NCBI GenBank assembly: GCA_963662285.2
Contig: CAXXMV010000008.1
Coordinates: 128,001-192,000 of the forward strand
Length of the DNA: 64,000 nt
Origin: a bacterium
GTDB lineage: Bacteria > Hinthialibacterota > Hinthialibacteria > Hinthialibacterales > Hinthialibacteraceae
Direction of reading: 5' to 3'
Below the pieces are notes generated by a model. The model worked only from the letters and a program-made list of their open reading frames with translations. It ran no database searches and was not told the origin of the DNA. Positions 52,859 through 63,126 of this stretch are shown here, piece by piece (the stretch's first letter is position 1; each line of letters begins with the position of its first letter). The position numbers were made by a program, and so were the translations under genes.

Positions 52859-53845
52859 ATGAAACGATTCGGAATCATATCAACGTTATTTTGTGGTTTA
52901 ATCGCAATAAGTCTCATGTTTTCAATGGGATGCGCAAAAAAAGAAGCGAGTGGAAAACTTAGAATTGCTGTTATCCCTAAAGGAACAGCTCATATCTTCT
53001 GGCAAAGCGTCCATGCCGGAGCGGTTACTGCTGGAAAAGAATTCGGCGTAGAAATAAAATGGCAGGGTCCAGCCACTGAGACCATGAAAGAAGCCCAAAT
53101 TTCCATCGTTAACGATTTTATCGTCAAGCAAGTAGATGGCATTGTCCTGGCGCCCCAGGATCAGGAAGCGCTGGTCGGCGCGGTGGAAGACGCCTTCGAA
53201 GCCAAGATTCCTCTGGCCATATTCGACTCAGGCATCAACACTGACAAATACGTCAGTTTCGCAGCTACCGACAACTATAAAGGCGGCGTGGCCGCTGCTA
53301 ACGAGATGGCTCGTCTATTAGATAACAAGGGCACCTGCATCATCACCAAAGTCGATCCCGGCAGCGATTCAACCCTGCAACGCGAAAAAGGATTCGAAGA
53401 TACTCTGGCTGAAAAATACCCTGATATAAAAGTTATTGACGCTCAGTTCGGCTACAGCGACCGTGAAAAATCACGCGCCGTTACTGAAGATATGCTGATC
53501 AAACATCCTGAGGTCGATGCAATATTCGGTCCCAACGAATCAAGCACCTCCGGCGCTCTGCTAGCCCTGCAAGCCATTGATCTGGCGGGTAAGAAAATCT
53601 TCGTCGGCTTCGATTCATCCGACGCCCTGATCCAGGCCATGAAGAAAAATGAGATCAACGCTTTGATCCTGCAAAATCCTTTCAAGATGGGTTATGAAGG
53701 CGTTAAAGCGGTAGTGCGTCACATTAAAGGCGAAAAAGTTGAAAAACGCATCGATACAGGCGTTTATTTGATCACCCCGGAAAATATGGATGAACCTGAT
53801 AACAAACTGTTGCTTTCACCTGATTTATCAGTTCTAGGTGAATAG
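52859..53845 (+). CDS. Sugar ABC transporter substrate-binding lipoprotein (RbsB-like)
   Basis: Lipobox-like SMGC, IAVIPKGTAHIFWQSV, ATDNYKGG, VGFD, QNPFKMGY. Confidence 0.92.
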   Translation: MKRFGIISTLFCGLIAISLMFSMGCAKKEASGKLRIAVIPKGTAHIFWQSVHAGAVTAGKEFGVEIKWQGPATETMKEAQISIVNDFIVKQVDGIVLAPQDQEALVGAVEDAFEAKIPLAIFDSGINTDKYVSFAATDNYKGGVAAANEMARLLDNKGTCIITKVDPGSDSTLQREKGFEDTLAEKYPDIKVIDAQFGYSDREKSRAVTEDMLIKHPEVDAIFGPNESSTSGALLALQAIDLAGKKIFVGFDSSDALIQAMKKNEINALILQNPFKMGYEGVKAVVRHIKGEKVEKRIDTGVYLITPENMDEPDNKLLLSPDLSVLGE

Positions 53846-53868
53846 TAATAATTAGGTCGCATTCGCGA

Positions 53869-53904
53869 TTTGGTTGAAGCCAGAACAGATTGGCTTCAAC
53901 CAAA
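53869..53904 (+). terminator. Intercistronic stem-loop after the SBP gene
   Basis: tttggttgaagcca-gaacagat-tggcttcaaccaaa. Confidence 0.6.
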
Positions 53905-53965
53905 ACCAAAGATGATAAAAACTCACAAATTTTTGACAATCGCTCTAGAGGAAGGTTAATTATCC

Positions 53966-55465
53966 GTGGAGCCTTTACTTTCTATGAAACAAATTTCGAA
54001 AGCGTTCGGGGCGACCCGCGCCTTATCGAATGTTGATTTGGATGTTTATGCCGGTCAGGTGCATATTCTGGTCGGCGAAAATGGCGCCGGCAAAAGCACT
54101 CTGATGAAAATCCTGACCGGCGTACATGCGGCGGATCATGGTGAAATCCAATTCATGGGAAAGCCCTTCACTGCCCGGCATCCCAAAGAAGCCTCAAACG
54201 CTGGCATCGCCATGATCTACCAGGAATTTAATCTGGCGCTGGACTTGCCAGTCTACTCCAATATCTTTCTGGGTCACGAATATAGCAGGGCTGGCGTGGT
54301 GGGTAAAAAACGTCAGATAAACGAGACGCGCAAAATATTCCAACGTCTTGATTCAGATATAAACCCATCGGTTCCTGTACGTCAATTAGGCATCGCCCAG
54401 CGGCAGTTGGTTGAGATTGCCCGTGCGCTTAGCGTTGACGCCAAACTGATCATAATGGACGAACCTACTGCTGCGTTATCTGATAACGAGGCTCAAAAAC
54501 TGTTTGAAACGGTTCTCTCGCTTCGCGACCAGGGCGTTGGCATTATTTATATTTCACACTATCTGGAAGAATTCGACCATATTGGAAATGTGTACACCGT
54601 CCTGCGGGATGGCGAGAAAGTCGGTTACGGCCAGATCGAGGATACCAACTCTGAAGAGCTGATCCAGTTGATGGTGGGGCGTAAGATCGAAGACCTTTAC
54701 CCTCAACATGAAAACAAACCAGGGAAGGTTCTGTTATCTCTCAGCAACCTGCGAAGCCCCAATGGCACCAAGCGGGCTGATATCGAAGTTCGCGCTGGAG
54801 AGATCGTGGGCATCGCGGGTCTGGTTGGCGCAGGCCGCACCGAAATGATGCGCGCCCTGTTTGGTCTTGATCCTCAACAGGTCGATGACCTAAGCGTTCA
54901 GGGAGTCACCATCATCCCCCCCACCCCGCGCAAACTTATCAAGCATCATGTTGGTTTGCTCAGTGAAGACCGGGCTGGCGAGGGATTAGCCCAGAAGATG
55001 ACGATCAGCACTAACATCACTCTTTCCATCCCCGATAAAGTCAGTAAATACGGTATTGTCTCGTTCCGTAAATGCCGCGAATTATCAGATAGATTAATCA
55101 GGGATGTTGGCATCAAAGCCAGTTCTTCAGAACAGAATATAAATCAACTGTCCGGCGGCAACCAGCAAAAAGTGGCCATCGCGCGTCTGCTAGGCGCCGA
55201 GACCATTGTTCCCCTGCTGGACGAACCGACGCGGGGCATCGATGTCGGTTCCAAAGCCGAAATCTATAAGTTAATTGTCGCTCTATCCAAAGAAGGCAAA
55301 GGCGTTGTTATGGTCTCCAGTTACCTGCCGGAACTGTTCGGTATGTGCGACTCGATCTACGTCATGGCGCGGGGACGGTTAAGTAAAAAACATAGTATAA
55401 AAGATATCGACGCAGACAAAGTTATGGCGCTGGCCACCGGAGTTTCGACAGACCACGCAGCGTAA
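53966..55465 (+). CDS. Sugar ABC transporter ATP-binding protein (RbsA-like, two NBDs)
   Basis: GENGAGKST, MDEPTA, GLVGAGRTE, LSGGNQQK, DEPTRGIDVG. Confidence 0.95.
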   Translation: MEPLLSMKQISKAFGATRALSNVDLDVYAGQVHILVGENGAGKSTLMKILTGVHAADHGEIQFMGKPFTARHPKEASNAGIAMIYQEFNLALDLPVYSNIFLGHEYSRAGVVGKKRQINETRKIFQRLDSDINPSVPVRQLGIAQRQLVEIARALSVDAKLIIMDEPTAALSDNEAQKLFETVLSLRDQGVGIIYISHYLEEFDHIGNVYTVLRDGEKVGYGQIEDTNSEELIQLMVGRKIEDLYPQHENKPGKVLLSLSNLRSPNGTKRADIEVRAGEIVGIAGLVGAGRTEMMRALFGLDPQQVDDLSVQGVTIIPPTPRKLIKHHVGLLSEDRAGEGLAQKMTISTNITLSIPDKVSKYGIVSFRKCRELSDRLIRDVGIKASSSEQNINQLSGGNQQKVAIARLLGAETIVPLLDEPTRGIDVGSKAEIYKLIVALSKEGKGVVMVSSYLPELFGMCDSIYVMARGRLSKKHSIKDIDADKVMALATGVSTDHAA

Positions 55466-55474
55466 GAGAATAAC

Positions 55475-55564
55475 ATTCTCCCACCAAGTTTGGGGGGTGT
55501 TAGAGGGGGGTTGCATTCCACCAATCAATCCCCTCCTAACCTCCCCCAGTTTTGGGGGAGGGAT
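55475..55564. repeat. BoxC-like long palindromic element
   Basis: ctcccaccaagtttggggggtgttagaggggggttg...caatcccctcctaacctcccccagttttgggggag. Confidence 0.78.
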
Positions 55565-55620
55565 CATACGATTCAGTTTACTGAGCAATTATTTCAAAAA
55601 GCAATGAATGGTGTTCAAAC

Positions 55621-56673
55621 ATGAATAAAAGATTTATAGAGTTATTAGGAAAACTAGGGCCTTTTTTCGCATTAATCATTATTATCATTTTCTTCCGCAA
55701 CAGAGCGGGAGAAATTTTCTTTAGTCCCCGTAATATCAGTAATATAATCCAGCAAACCAGCGTTATAGCTATCGGCGCCGTCGGCATGACCTTTATCATA
55801 GTCAGCGCAGGCATAGACTTATCGGCTGGATCATTGATCGCTTTTTCCGGCGTATGCAGCGCTATTGCCGTTGTAGCGACGGGCAATATTTATATCGCAA
55901 TTCTTGTCGCGGTATCGGTTGGTACGATATGCGGCGTATTGAACGGAGTGGTCATTACTAAAGGTAAACTTCCTCCCTTCATTGTAACTCTGGGAATGCT
56001 GGAGATTCTGCGTGGATCAGCATATCAGATAACCGACGGTCTACCGATCGATACCAACATTCCTGACGCATTCACCAATATCAGTAATGCAGTTTTCACT
56101 ATTCCCATCGGTGGAACTGAATTAATTATTCCTTACCTGTTCCTTATATTGATACCCGTCGCCATTATTGGCGGTTTCATTTTGAAGTACACAGTGTTCG
56201 GCGTTCAGGTCTATGCGGTTGGATCAAACGAACAGACCGCACGGCTGTGCGGCGTTAACGTCGACCGGGTCAAGATAATGGTATACGCCCTGGGCGGCTT
56301 CCTGGTTGGACTGGCGGGAATCTTACAGGCTTCGCGCCTGCGCAGCGGTCAGCCATCAACCGCCGTCGGCCTGGAACTGGACATCATCGCTGCTGTTGTA
56401 GTAGGAGGCGGCAGCCTGATGGGTGGTGAAGGAACCATCATCGGTTCAGTAATCGGCGCATTCATCATCCGCATCCTGCGCAACGGCTGCGTATTGATGG
56501 ACATCTCGCCTTACGTCCAGCGCATCATCATCGGCATCATCATAATCCTGGCCGTATTCGTAGACCAATTGCGCAGGATGTCAAAAGAGGAAAGAAACGA
56601 GATGTTCAGAAGAATATTCTTCATCTTGATTTATCCATACAATATGATATTCAACCGGACTGCTGAGAAATAA
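55621..56673 (+). CDS. Sugar ABC transporter permease (RbsC-like)
   Basis: GIDLSAG, PPFIVTLG, YAVGSNEQTARLCG, ELDIIAAVVVGGGSL. Confidence 0.93.
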   Translation: MNKRFIELLGKLGPFFALIIIIIFFRNRAGEIFFSPRNISNIIQQTSVIAIGAVGMTFIIVSAGIDLSAGSLIAFSGVCSAIAVVATGNIYIAILVAVSVGTICGVLNGVVITKGKLPPFIVTLGMLEILRGSAYQITDGLPIDTNIPDAFTNISNAVFTIPIGGTELIIPYLFLILIPVAIIGGFILKYTVFGVQVYAVGSNEQTARLCGVNVDRVKIMVYALGGFLVGLAGILQASRLRSGQPSTAVGLELDIIAAVVVGGGSLMGGEGTIIGSVIGAFIIRILRNGCVLMDISPYVQRIIIGIIIILAVFVDQLRRMSKEERNEMFRRIFFILIYPYNMIFNRTAEK

Positions 56674-56722
56674 CGAAGTGGATTTTGTAAACCTTATTAC
56701 GTATACATACTTTTAAACAATT

Positions 56723-56758
56723 AAATCCCCTGCCCTACTTCGGGAAGGGGATTTTTTT
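56723..56758 (+). terminator. Intrinsic terminator of the ABC operon
   Basis: aaatcccctgccc...gggaaggggattttttt. Confidence 0.7.
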
Positions 56759-56851
56759 GTCTTAGTATGCGTATCGCTTAATTTAGCGATACAGGTGGAA
56801 TGTAGGAGATTAATATTGATGGATCGATAAGGCATAATGTTTCCTATAAAA

Positions 56852-57010
56852 CTACGACTTATTATCCTTTTGTGGTTTTGGAGGTGGAGGTGGTGGTGAA
56901 GGTGGTGGCAAAGGCCTTTCTTTTGGGGTGGGTGGATCGTTTACCCCTTCGTTAATTGCTCTTGTATCATTTGCAGGCGGTGGTGATGAATTGGAATCTT
57001 TTTTAGTCAT
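56852..57010 (-). CDS. Unannotated 52-aa proline-rich peptide
   Basis: MTKKDSNSSPPPANDTRAINEGVNDPPTPKERPLPPPSPPPPPPKPQKDNKS*; RBS caggag; ATG 1 nt after the reconstructed stop of the upstream gene. Confidence 0.65.
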   Translation of the reverse strand: MTKKDSNSSPPPANDTRAINEGVNDPPTPKERPLPPPSPPPPPPKPQKDNKS

Positions 57011-57060
57011 TTTATTGCTCCTGTGTTTTCTCTAAAAACTCTACCCATTTAATATCTTTT

Positions 57061-58451
57061 GGTTCTATAAAGAAATCTGTGGGTGAATGATAGCAAAAAT
57101 ACTTCGAATAGTAGAGGTATAAAAAAGACATCCGGTCTCTTATCCTGAAAGAATGAAATCAGCGAAAAATCATCAACCAGGAGGAAACCGGATGGATGTC
57201 ATTAGAATCCTCAATCGTGTTCATAAAATCAAGGGGTATGTATATGCTTCTAGCAAATTTGGTGAATGGAATGGTAAAACATCCATAGAGGTAAAAGTCC
57301 GTGCTCATGTCAAAAGCCGCCCGATATGTTCATGCTGCGGAGAAAAAGGATCAGGTTATGACAGATTAGATGCGCGCCGATTTGAGTTTATCCCGATATG
57401 GGGATTAACCGTATTCCTGATCTATGCCATGCGCCGCGTGAATTGTCACCGCTGTGGAGTGAAAGTTGAAAAGGTACCTTGGGCCGATGGTAAACATGAA
57501 TTAACGCATATCTATCAATGGTTCTTGGCGAGCTGGGCCAAGCGGATGAGTTGGAGCCAAGTGGCGGAAGCATTTCAAACAAGTTGGTACAATGTTTTTC
57601 ATTCGGTTGAACGGGCGGTAGAATGGGGCCGCCAGCATGTGAACCTGGAAGGAATCACCGCCATTGGAATCGATGAAATGCAATGGGGCGGCGGCCATCA
57701 GTATGTGACAGTGGTATATCAAATCAATGAGAATTGCAAACGGCTGCTGTGGATCGGGGAAAAAAGAAAGATCAAAACACTGTTGAAATTCTTCAGATGG
57801 TTCGGGGAAGAGCGTTCAAAAAAATTGGAATTTGTGTGCAGTGATATGTGGAAAGCTTATCTCAAAGTCATTCGCAAAAAAGCCAAAAGCGCGCTGAATG
57901 TATTGGATCGGTTTCACATCATGGCTCATATGAACAAAGCCATAGATCAAGTCCGCGCTGGAGAATCCCGTGAATTGAAGGCCAAGGGATTAGAACCGGT
58001 ATTAAAAGGAAGTCGCTGGTGGTTTCTGAAACGCCCGGATAATTTGACAGTCAAGCAGGTCGATAAATTAGCCAACGTGGTTCGATATAATCTGCGCACG
58101 GTGAGAAGTTATCTTCTCAAAGAGGAATTTCAATTTTTCTGGGAATATAAATCAGCATGGTGGGCTGGACGCTTCATGGATCAGTGGTGTACTAAAACCA
58201 TGCGCTCGCGAATCGAACCAATGAAGAAAGTGGCCAAGATGCTGCGCAACCATCGCGAACTGATTTTGAACTGGTTTCGGGCGAAAAAGGAGTTTTCTTC
58301 TGGAGTGGTGGAAGGCTTAAACAACAAGGCCAAAGTGACTACCAAAATGGCGTACGGTTTTCGAACCTACAAAGCGCTGGAAATCGCCTTATATCATACA
58401 CTTGGCGATTTACCAGAACCAAATTTCACCCACAGATTTTTTTGAAGAGGC
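57061..58451 (+). mobile_element. Complete ISL3-family insertion sequence (1391 bp)
   Basis: Imperfect IRs ggttctataaagaaatctgtgggtgaa / ttcacccacagatttttttgaagaggc; 8-bp TSD TATCTTTT at 57053-57060 and 58452-58459. Confidence 0.93.
57192..58445 (+). CDS. ISL3-family transposase
   Basis: Zn-finger CSCCG/CHRCG, IGIDE, CSDMWKAY, LDRFHI, VEGLNNKAK, AYGFR; RBS ggagg before ATG 57192. Confidence 0.95.
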   Translation: MDVIRILNRVHKIKGYVYASSKFGEWNGKTSIEVKVRAHVKSRPICSCCGEKGSGYDRLDARRFEFIPIWGLTVFLIYAMRRVNCHRCGVKVEKVPWADGKHELTHIYQWFLASWAKRMSWSQVAEAFQTSWYNVFHSVERAVEWGRQHVNLEGITAIGIDEMQWGGGHQYVTVVYQINENCKRLLWIGEKRKIKTLLKFFRWFGEERSKKLEFVCSDMWKAYLKVIRKKAKSALNVLDRFHIMAHMNKAIDQVRAGESRELKAKGLEPVLKGSRWWFLKRPDNLTVKQVDKLANVVRYNLRTVRSYLLKEEFQFFWEYKSAWWAGRFMDQWCTKTMRSRIEPMKKVAKMLRNHRELILNWFRAKKEFSSGVVEGLNNKAKVTTKMAYGFRTYKALEIALYHTLGDLPEPNFTHRFF

Positions 58452-59184
58452 TATCTTTTGAATCAACTAAAATTCGATTTACTCCAGTGATACGTTTCTC
58501 ACTAGTTTTTTTTTCCCCATCTTCTTCAATCTCATCTACTAACCAAGCAGGATCTTCGATCAGAAAATGCCCTTTTGCTGGTTCTGATGGCCATTCTATA
58601 GGCCAACCATATAGCCGTCTATCATCTTTAAAATGTAATACAACAAAAGTTGCGTTTCTAAAAAAACCGCCAAACCATTCAGAAGAGAATGATGTTTCCC
58701 TCGTAATCCCTGCTTGTCTAAATAATGCGTGTAATTTATCGTTATTAGCAAAGTAGGAAAATATAATGCCTAAGAATATAGCGCTAACAACGGAGCATAT
58801 TAATCTCGATGAGTCATTCCACTCCGAGATCACACAAAAGGTACCAATACACATTAGAAAATTTTTCAAAAAAATGACAAGAACTTCGACAAATATAGTA
58901 AAAATTAATGCTTGAACTACTCTCTCAAATTGCGCGGGCCTTGGATATGACGTAAAACTATAGAAAATCCATGCCGCTACAAATCCGGGCATTAAATATT
59001 GAAGAATCGATACCATCTCTTCCATGAAATGTTCCATACCATTATTTAGATATTAATAGTCTTTTTTCGACCAACTGTTGTTAAAAAGAACTACTGCCTT
59101 GAAAACTACAAATAAACAATAACGCATTCCACAAACTTAGTCTAGGGAACTCAATAACTTTTCAATCTGAATATCAAGATGGGA

Positions 59185-59226
59185 GGATGCCAAGAGCAAG
59201 ACCGCAATGCGGTCTTGCTCTTGGCA
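59185..59226. repeat. REP-like palindrome, family B (perfect stem)
   Basis: tgccaagagcaagaccgc-aat-gcggtcttgctcttggca. Confidence 0.8.
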
Positions 59227-59282
59227 CTATCACTTATGTTTTTGGATATACTACAGACCTCAGATATCCTTCCCTTGTGGTT

Positions 59283-62200
59283 TTACTGCGGGATCAGGGG
59301 TAAACGAATCAAATCATCTGGGTTGAAATTCTCCGTCTGTTTTGGATAATCAGCGGGATTAAAATCCACCGCCTGATAGCCGGGAACGAGAATGCGTACG
59401 TTAGAGACTTCCGGGTGAATGGATACGGGAACAAAATTGTAAATATCTCTTTCAGGATTGCTGCGGATACGGGCCTGGAATGAAACTGGTTCTGAAAAAC
59501 CGGTCAATTCGAGAAGTGCGAGTCCATCCAAGGTTTGGTTATCGGGCGCAACCAGCATCACCCCATATTTATCCGGTGCATACAGATTGAGCATGAGTTG
59601 CGGTTGTTCACCCGGGCGAATAGTGAGCCGTTGCGGCAGCGTTTCCATCATTTTAGAGAAGCAATAGGCGGTAACTCGAATTTCCAATTCTCCTTCTTGC
59701 ATACCATAGACTTTATAGTATCCCTCTTCGATTTGGGTAGAAGGTAATATCTGGGGATTATATTCCTGGCTTTCGGCAACGACATTAATCCAACTGCTGA
59801 CTGCCGGTTTTTCTTCTAAAAAGAGACGAAGGTATATGGCCATATCGTCTTTTTTCAAGTAGACCTTCACTATTATTGGTTGCATCGTCTCCCCGGAATT
59901 GAAGGGGGGAACCGTAATCTCAAATTCTTTGGCTTGATACCCGTCCTTGATCGCCGCTAAAGTGAACGAGCCGGATTCCATGGGGAGCAGAGTGAATGAG
60001 CCATCCGATTTTGTCTGCGTTTCAAGATTCCTTACTCCTTGGGGATTAGTTTCGTTGATTTTCAAGCGGGGTTCAATTTTCGCTTCGGCGATGGGTTCAT
60101 TGGTCTCTTCATCGAGAACCACGCCTTGAATTTCCAACGATGCGATGTGAAGGTCGACTGTGTATTCCGATTGATCTTCGGTAACCAGCACTTTCGCTGA
60201 ATACTCACAATTTCCTTCATAGAGGGGTTGATCGGGCTGAGTGGTTTCGCTGGACTCGGTGGTAACCATGATGGTGTATTCTCCCGCTTCGAGCGATGGG
60301 AATGAGTAGGCGCCTTGTCGGTCAGATACGGCTTTAAGTGAGTAGCCGATTTGGTTTTGACTTGTCCTTCGCATGGATAGAGCCACTTGGGCGTTGGGAG
60401 AGATTTGTCCCCGTTTGTAGACCGTTCCACGAATGACCGCACCCTCGCCGCCGCCGAAATCGCAACGCGTAATCTTGCCTTCTTCAACAAGAACGGTTTT
60501 GTATTGCTGGCTTTTGTAATCGTCATTGGGTCCGTAATTAAGTACCATGTACGAAGCGGGCGCAAGATGTTCGAAACGGTACTCTCCCTCTTCATCGCTG
60601 AGGGTTTTATATTTGAATTGATTTTCCGGCCAGTTTTGAATATTGAGGGCTACATTGGCTTCTTTCTTCCCAGCCAATCCATAAGTAGTTCCAGCGATGC
60701 CGCCTCCCAATGTCATACGAATCGTGAAAGGAGATTGCGCGATCATGGATGTATCAATCGCAAATAACGTAGGCGCGAAATCGTTGTGTTGAACGACCAG
60801 AGTGTCTCCTTGAGATGGAAAATTATCTATTTGAAATTGTCCTTCACCATCGCTGATTGCATCTTGTGGGTAATTCGGCTTGGAAAAAGGATGCCCATAG
60901 GAATTTTTTGGGATATCGGGTACATTGGATAGAATACTCAAGATTGCGTTGGCGATAGGTTGTCCTTGTGGATCAACGATCACGCCGGAAATTTCAATCC
61001 CTTTCTCCATGCGGATGATGATTGTATCAACTTTTTGCCCTTCACGCACGCTGATGGTTTCGCTATCGGCTTCCGGGAATCCTTTCATTTTGGCGTGGAA
61101 TTGGTAATCCATCGGATCGAGTTTGCTGAACGTGAACGCACCATCGTCATCGGTGGTTGTTGCTCTGTGGGTTTCATGATATGGTCTGCCGCTATACATT
61201 CTGACTGGATAAACCTGTGCGCCAGCCAGGGGTTGGTCGTTGTCGTCCAACACGATCCCGGTGATTTGACCACCTTTTTTCATAGCGAGGGTGTAATACG
61301 ATTCTCCAAACGGACGCTTCTGATTGGTTTGGAGATATTCCTCTTTACCAGAAATGTGGAATTGTATTTGATCTCCCTTTTTCACGAATCCCTTAATAAG
61401 AAATTCTCCATTAGCGTCGGTTTTTGCATACATCGAATCATTATGGTAAGATTCCGTATCGCTCAAGGGAAAGGCGCTAACTGACGCGCCCTCTAACGGT
61501 TCCGATGTTTCCTTGTCGATCACTTTTCCTTTAATCTCATAGGTCTCACCATTATTCATAATGAAATCAACGCCGGTTCGGTGTTCTCCCGCTTTTAATT
61601 CCAGGGTTTGAGACTGGATAGGATTAACCGGGTAATGATGGCTGCGGGTCAGGGAGATTCGATAGGAACCGGGCGCCAGCGTATCGAGGGAATAGTCGCC
61701 GTTTTGATCCGGTTCAACGCGGAGGTTAGTGGGATACTTCCATCCGGGGATATCCTGCAATTCGGCGTCGACTTCCTTATCGGGAACGGTATTACCTCCG
61801 CTATCCAGCACCTTGCCGGAAACAGAGGCATACGTTTGCAAAGCGATTTCCACGCGAATGGGCTGGGTGGGCATTCCAGGCGTGAATGCCTTGCTGAATC
61901 CCCGTCCTTCGGTGGGATGGGAAGCTTCCGCATACAAAGTGCGCTTGGGAAGGTTAGTATTTGTCGATGTTCCATTGCGATTGGTCGTGCAATTGCCGAT
62001 AGTATCCCATTCACTTTCATCGCCGGTTATTTGGATTTCAGCTTTTTCAACAGGTTGCCCCATAGGGTTTACGACGTAAAATTCCGCCGCTGATCCCGGC
62101 TGCATCTCAATGAGATATTCATTATCCCTGGAGCCTTTTGGAACATCTATTTGGAGTAAGGGGCTGTTTGGGATTTTATAAGCGAGGAATTGAACATATC

Positions 62201-62915
62201 CTTCCGCACTGGCCATCAAACTGTAATTTCCTTGCGTTAAACGCGTGATTTTAAATGAACCGTCTTCTTTGGAAATCGCTTTTTCTGTATGTTGGGGCGG
62301 CTTCTTTTTAAAGGCGCTGTGACACATGGCGGTGATTTCCGCTCCCTCAATGGGAGATTTGGTCTGCGCGTTGATAACTTTTCCTTGGATGTAATGGGGG
62401 GCTGGGGGGTGAGCAAAATGTTGAGCCAGCGTTGGTTGGCTTTGCGTCAAGGAAAACTCTTCGCCTAATGAAAGATATCCCTCCGGGGGTAAGGAATGGA
62501 TAAAGCCCTTAACTGGTCCGTCCAGATGGATTGTATAATAACCTTTTTCATCGACGCCGACCTTTTTTTCATTTTTCGATGCGGAGGAGTGTTTGTATTT
62601 TTGTTCAACAAAAACCGTAATAATGCTTCCAGGCAGGGCTTTTCCTTCTTCGGCGGTTACATATCCCGCGATCCAATATTCTTCCTGGGTAGCGGCTTGA
62701 GTTATAGGAGATGCAGAGGTTGAAAGAGTGGGTTCCACGGGAATTGGCTTGGGCGCTATGGTTGCAGCTGATTTAGGTGGTTCGGGAGGAGGAGTGTTAA
62801 GGACGGCCTGGTTTTGGGGAGATTCGAGCGTTTTTCCCCCCATGAATGTAACGCTAATCATGAAGACTAGAAAGAGTACAAAAAATGCGCCGCCTATTAT
62901 ATATCCTCGATTCAT
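59283..62915 (-). CDS. Membrane-anchored protein with tandem carboxypeptidase-regulatory-like beta-sandwich repeats
   Basis: N-terminal TM, Pro-rich linker, repeated I-x-G-x-V-x-D...P-x-x-GA-x-V...TD-x-x-G-x-F units. Confidence 0.85.
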   Translation of the reverse strand: MNRGYIIGGAFFVLFLVFMISVTFMGGKTLESPQNQAVLNTPPPEPPKSAATIAPKPIPVEPTLSTSASPITQAATQEEYWIAGYVTAEEGKALPGSIITVFVEQKYKHSSASKNEKKVGVDEKGYYTIHLDGPVKGFIHSLPPEGYLSLGEEFSLTQSQPTLAQHFAHPPAPHYIQGKVINAQTKSPIEGAEITAMCHSAFKKKPPQHTEKAISKEDGSFKITRLTQGNYSLMASAEGYVQFLAYKIPNSPLLQIDVPKGSRDNEYLIEMQPGSAAEFYVVNPMGQPVEKAEIQITGDESEWDTIGNCTTNRNGTSTNTNLPKRTLYAEASHPTEGRGFSKAFTPGMPTQPIRVEIALQTYASVSGKVLDSGGNTVPDKEVDAELQDIPGWKYPTNLRVEPDQNGDYSLDTLAPGSYRISLTRSHHYPVNPIQSQTLELKAGEHRTGVDFIMNNGETYEIKGKVIDKETSEPLEGASVSAFPLSDTESYHNDSMYAKTDANGEFLIKGFVKKGDQIQFHISGKEEYLQTNQKRPFGESYYTLAMKKGGQITGIVLDDNDQPLAGAQVYPVRMYSGRPYHETHRATTTDDDGAFTFSKLDPMDYQFHAKMKGFPEADSETISVREGQKVDTIIIRMEKGIEISGVIVDPQGQPIANAILSILSNVPDIPKNSYGHPFSKPNYPQDAISDGEGQFQIDNFPSQGDTLVVQHNDFAPTLFAIDTSMIAQSPFTIRMTLGGGIAGTTYGLAGKKEANVALNIQNWPENQFKYKTLSDEEGEYRFEHLAPASYMVLNYGPNDDYKSQQYKTVLVEEGKITRCDFGGGEGAVIRGTVYKRGQISPNAQVALSMRRTSQNQIGYSLKAVSDRQGAYSFPSLEAGEYTIMVTTESSETTQPDQPLYEGNCEYSAKVLVTEDQSEYTVDLHIASLEIQGVVLDEETNEPIAEAKIEPRLKINETNPQGVRNLETQTKSDGSFTLLPMESGSFTLAAIKDGYQAKEFEITVPPFNSGETMQPIIVKVYLKKDDMAIYLRLFLEEKPAVSSWINVVAESQEYNPQILPSTQIEEGYYKVYGMQEGELEIRVTAYCFSKMMETLPQRLTIRPGEQPQLMLNLYAPDKYGVMLVAPDNQTLDGLALLELTGFSEPVSFQARIRSNPERDIYNFVPVSIHPEVSNVRILVPGYQAVDFNPADYPKQTENFNPDDLIRLPLIPQ

Positions 62916-63126
62916 GATTTCTCCCTTTTAAGAAAAAGTAAATATTGAATGGATCGCCGAGTTATTGGTTTATCCAACTAAATTGATAACGCGAGAAATC
63001 ACAAAAATGTTTCAGAATATGACAATTTCAGAATTAATTTTAAAGATAATATCTTTTTTAATATCATCAAAAAAATCTATAGGTAAATTTTGGTTTGGGC
63101 AAATCGCCAAGGATTAAGATACAATT

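Larger units (their letters stand above)
57012..59037 (-). pseudogene. DUF6338-like membrane protein interrupted near its C-terminus by ISL3
   Basis: LMPGFVAAWIF, three TMs, SEW, VVLHFKDDRRLYGWPIEWPSEP; removing the IS and one TSD restores ...RILVDSKDIKWVEFLEKTQEQ*. Confidence 0.8.
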
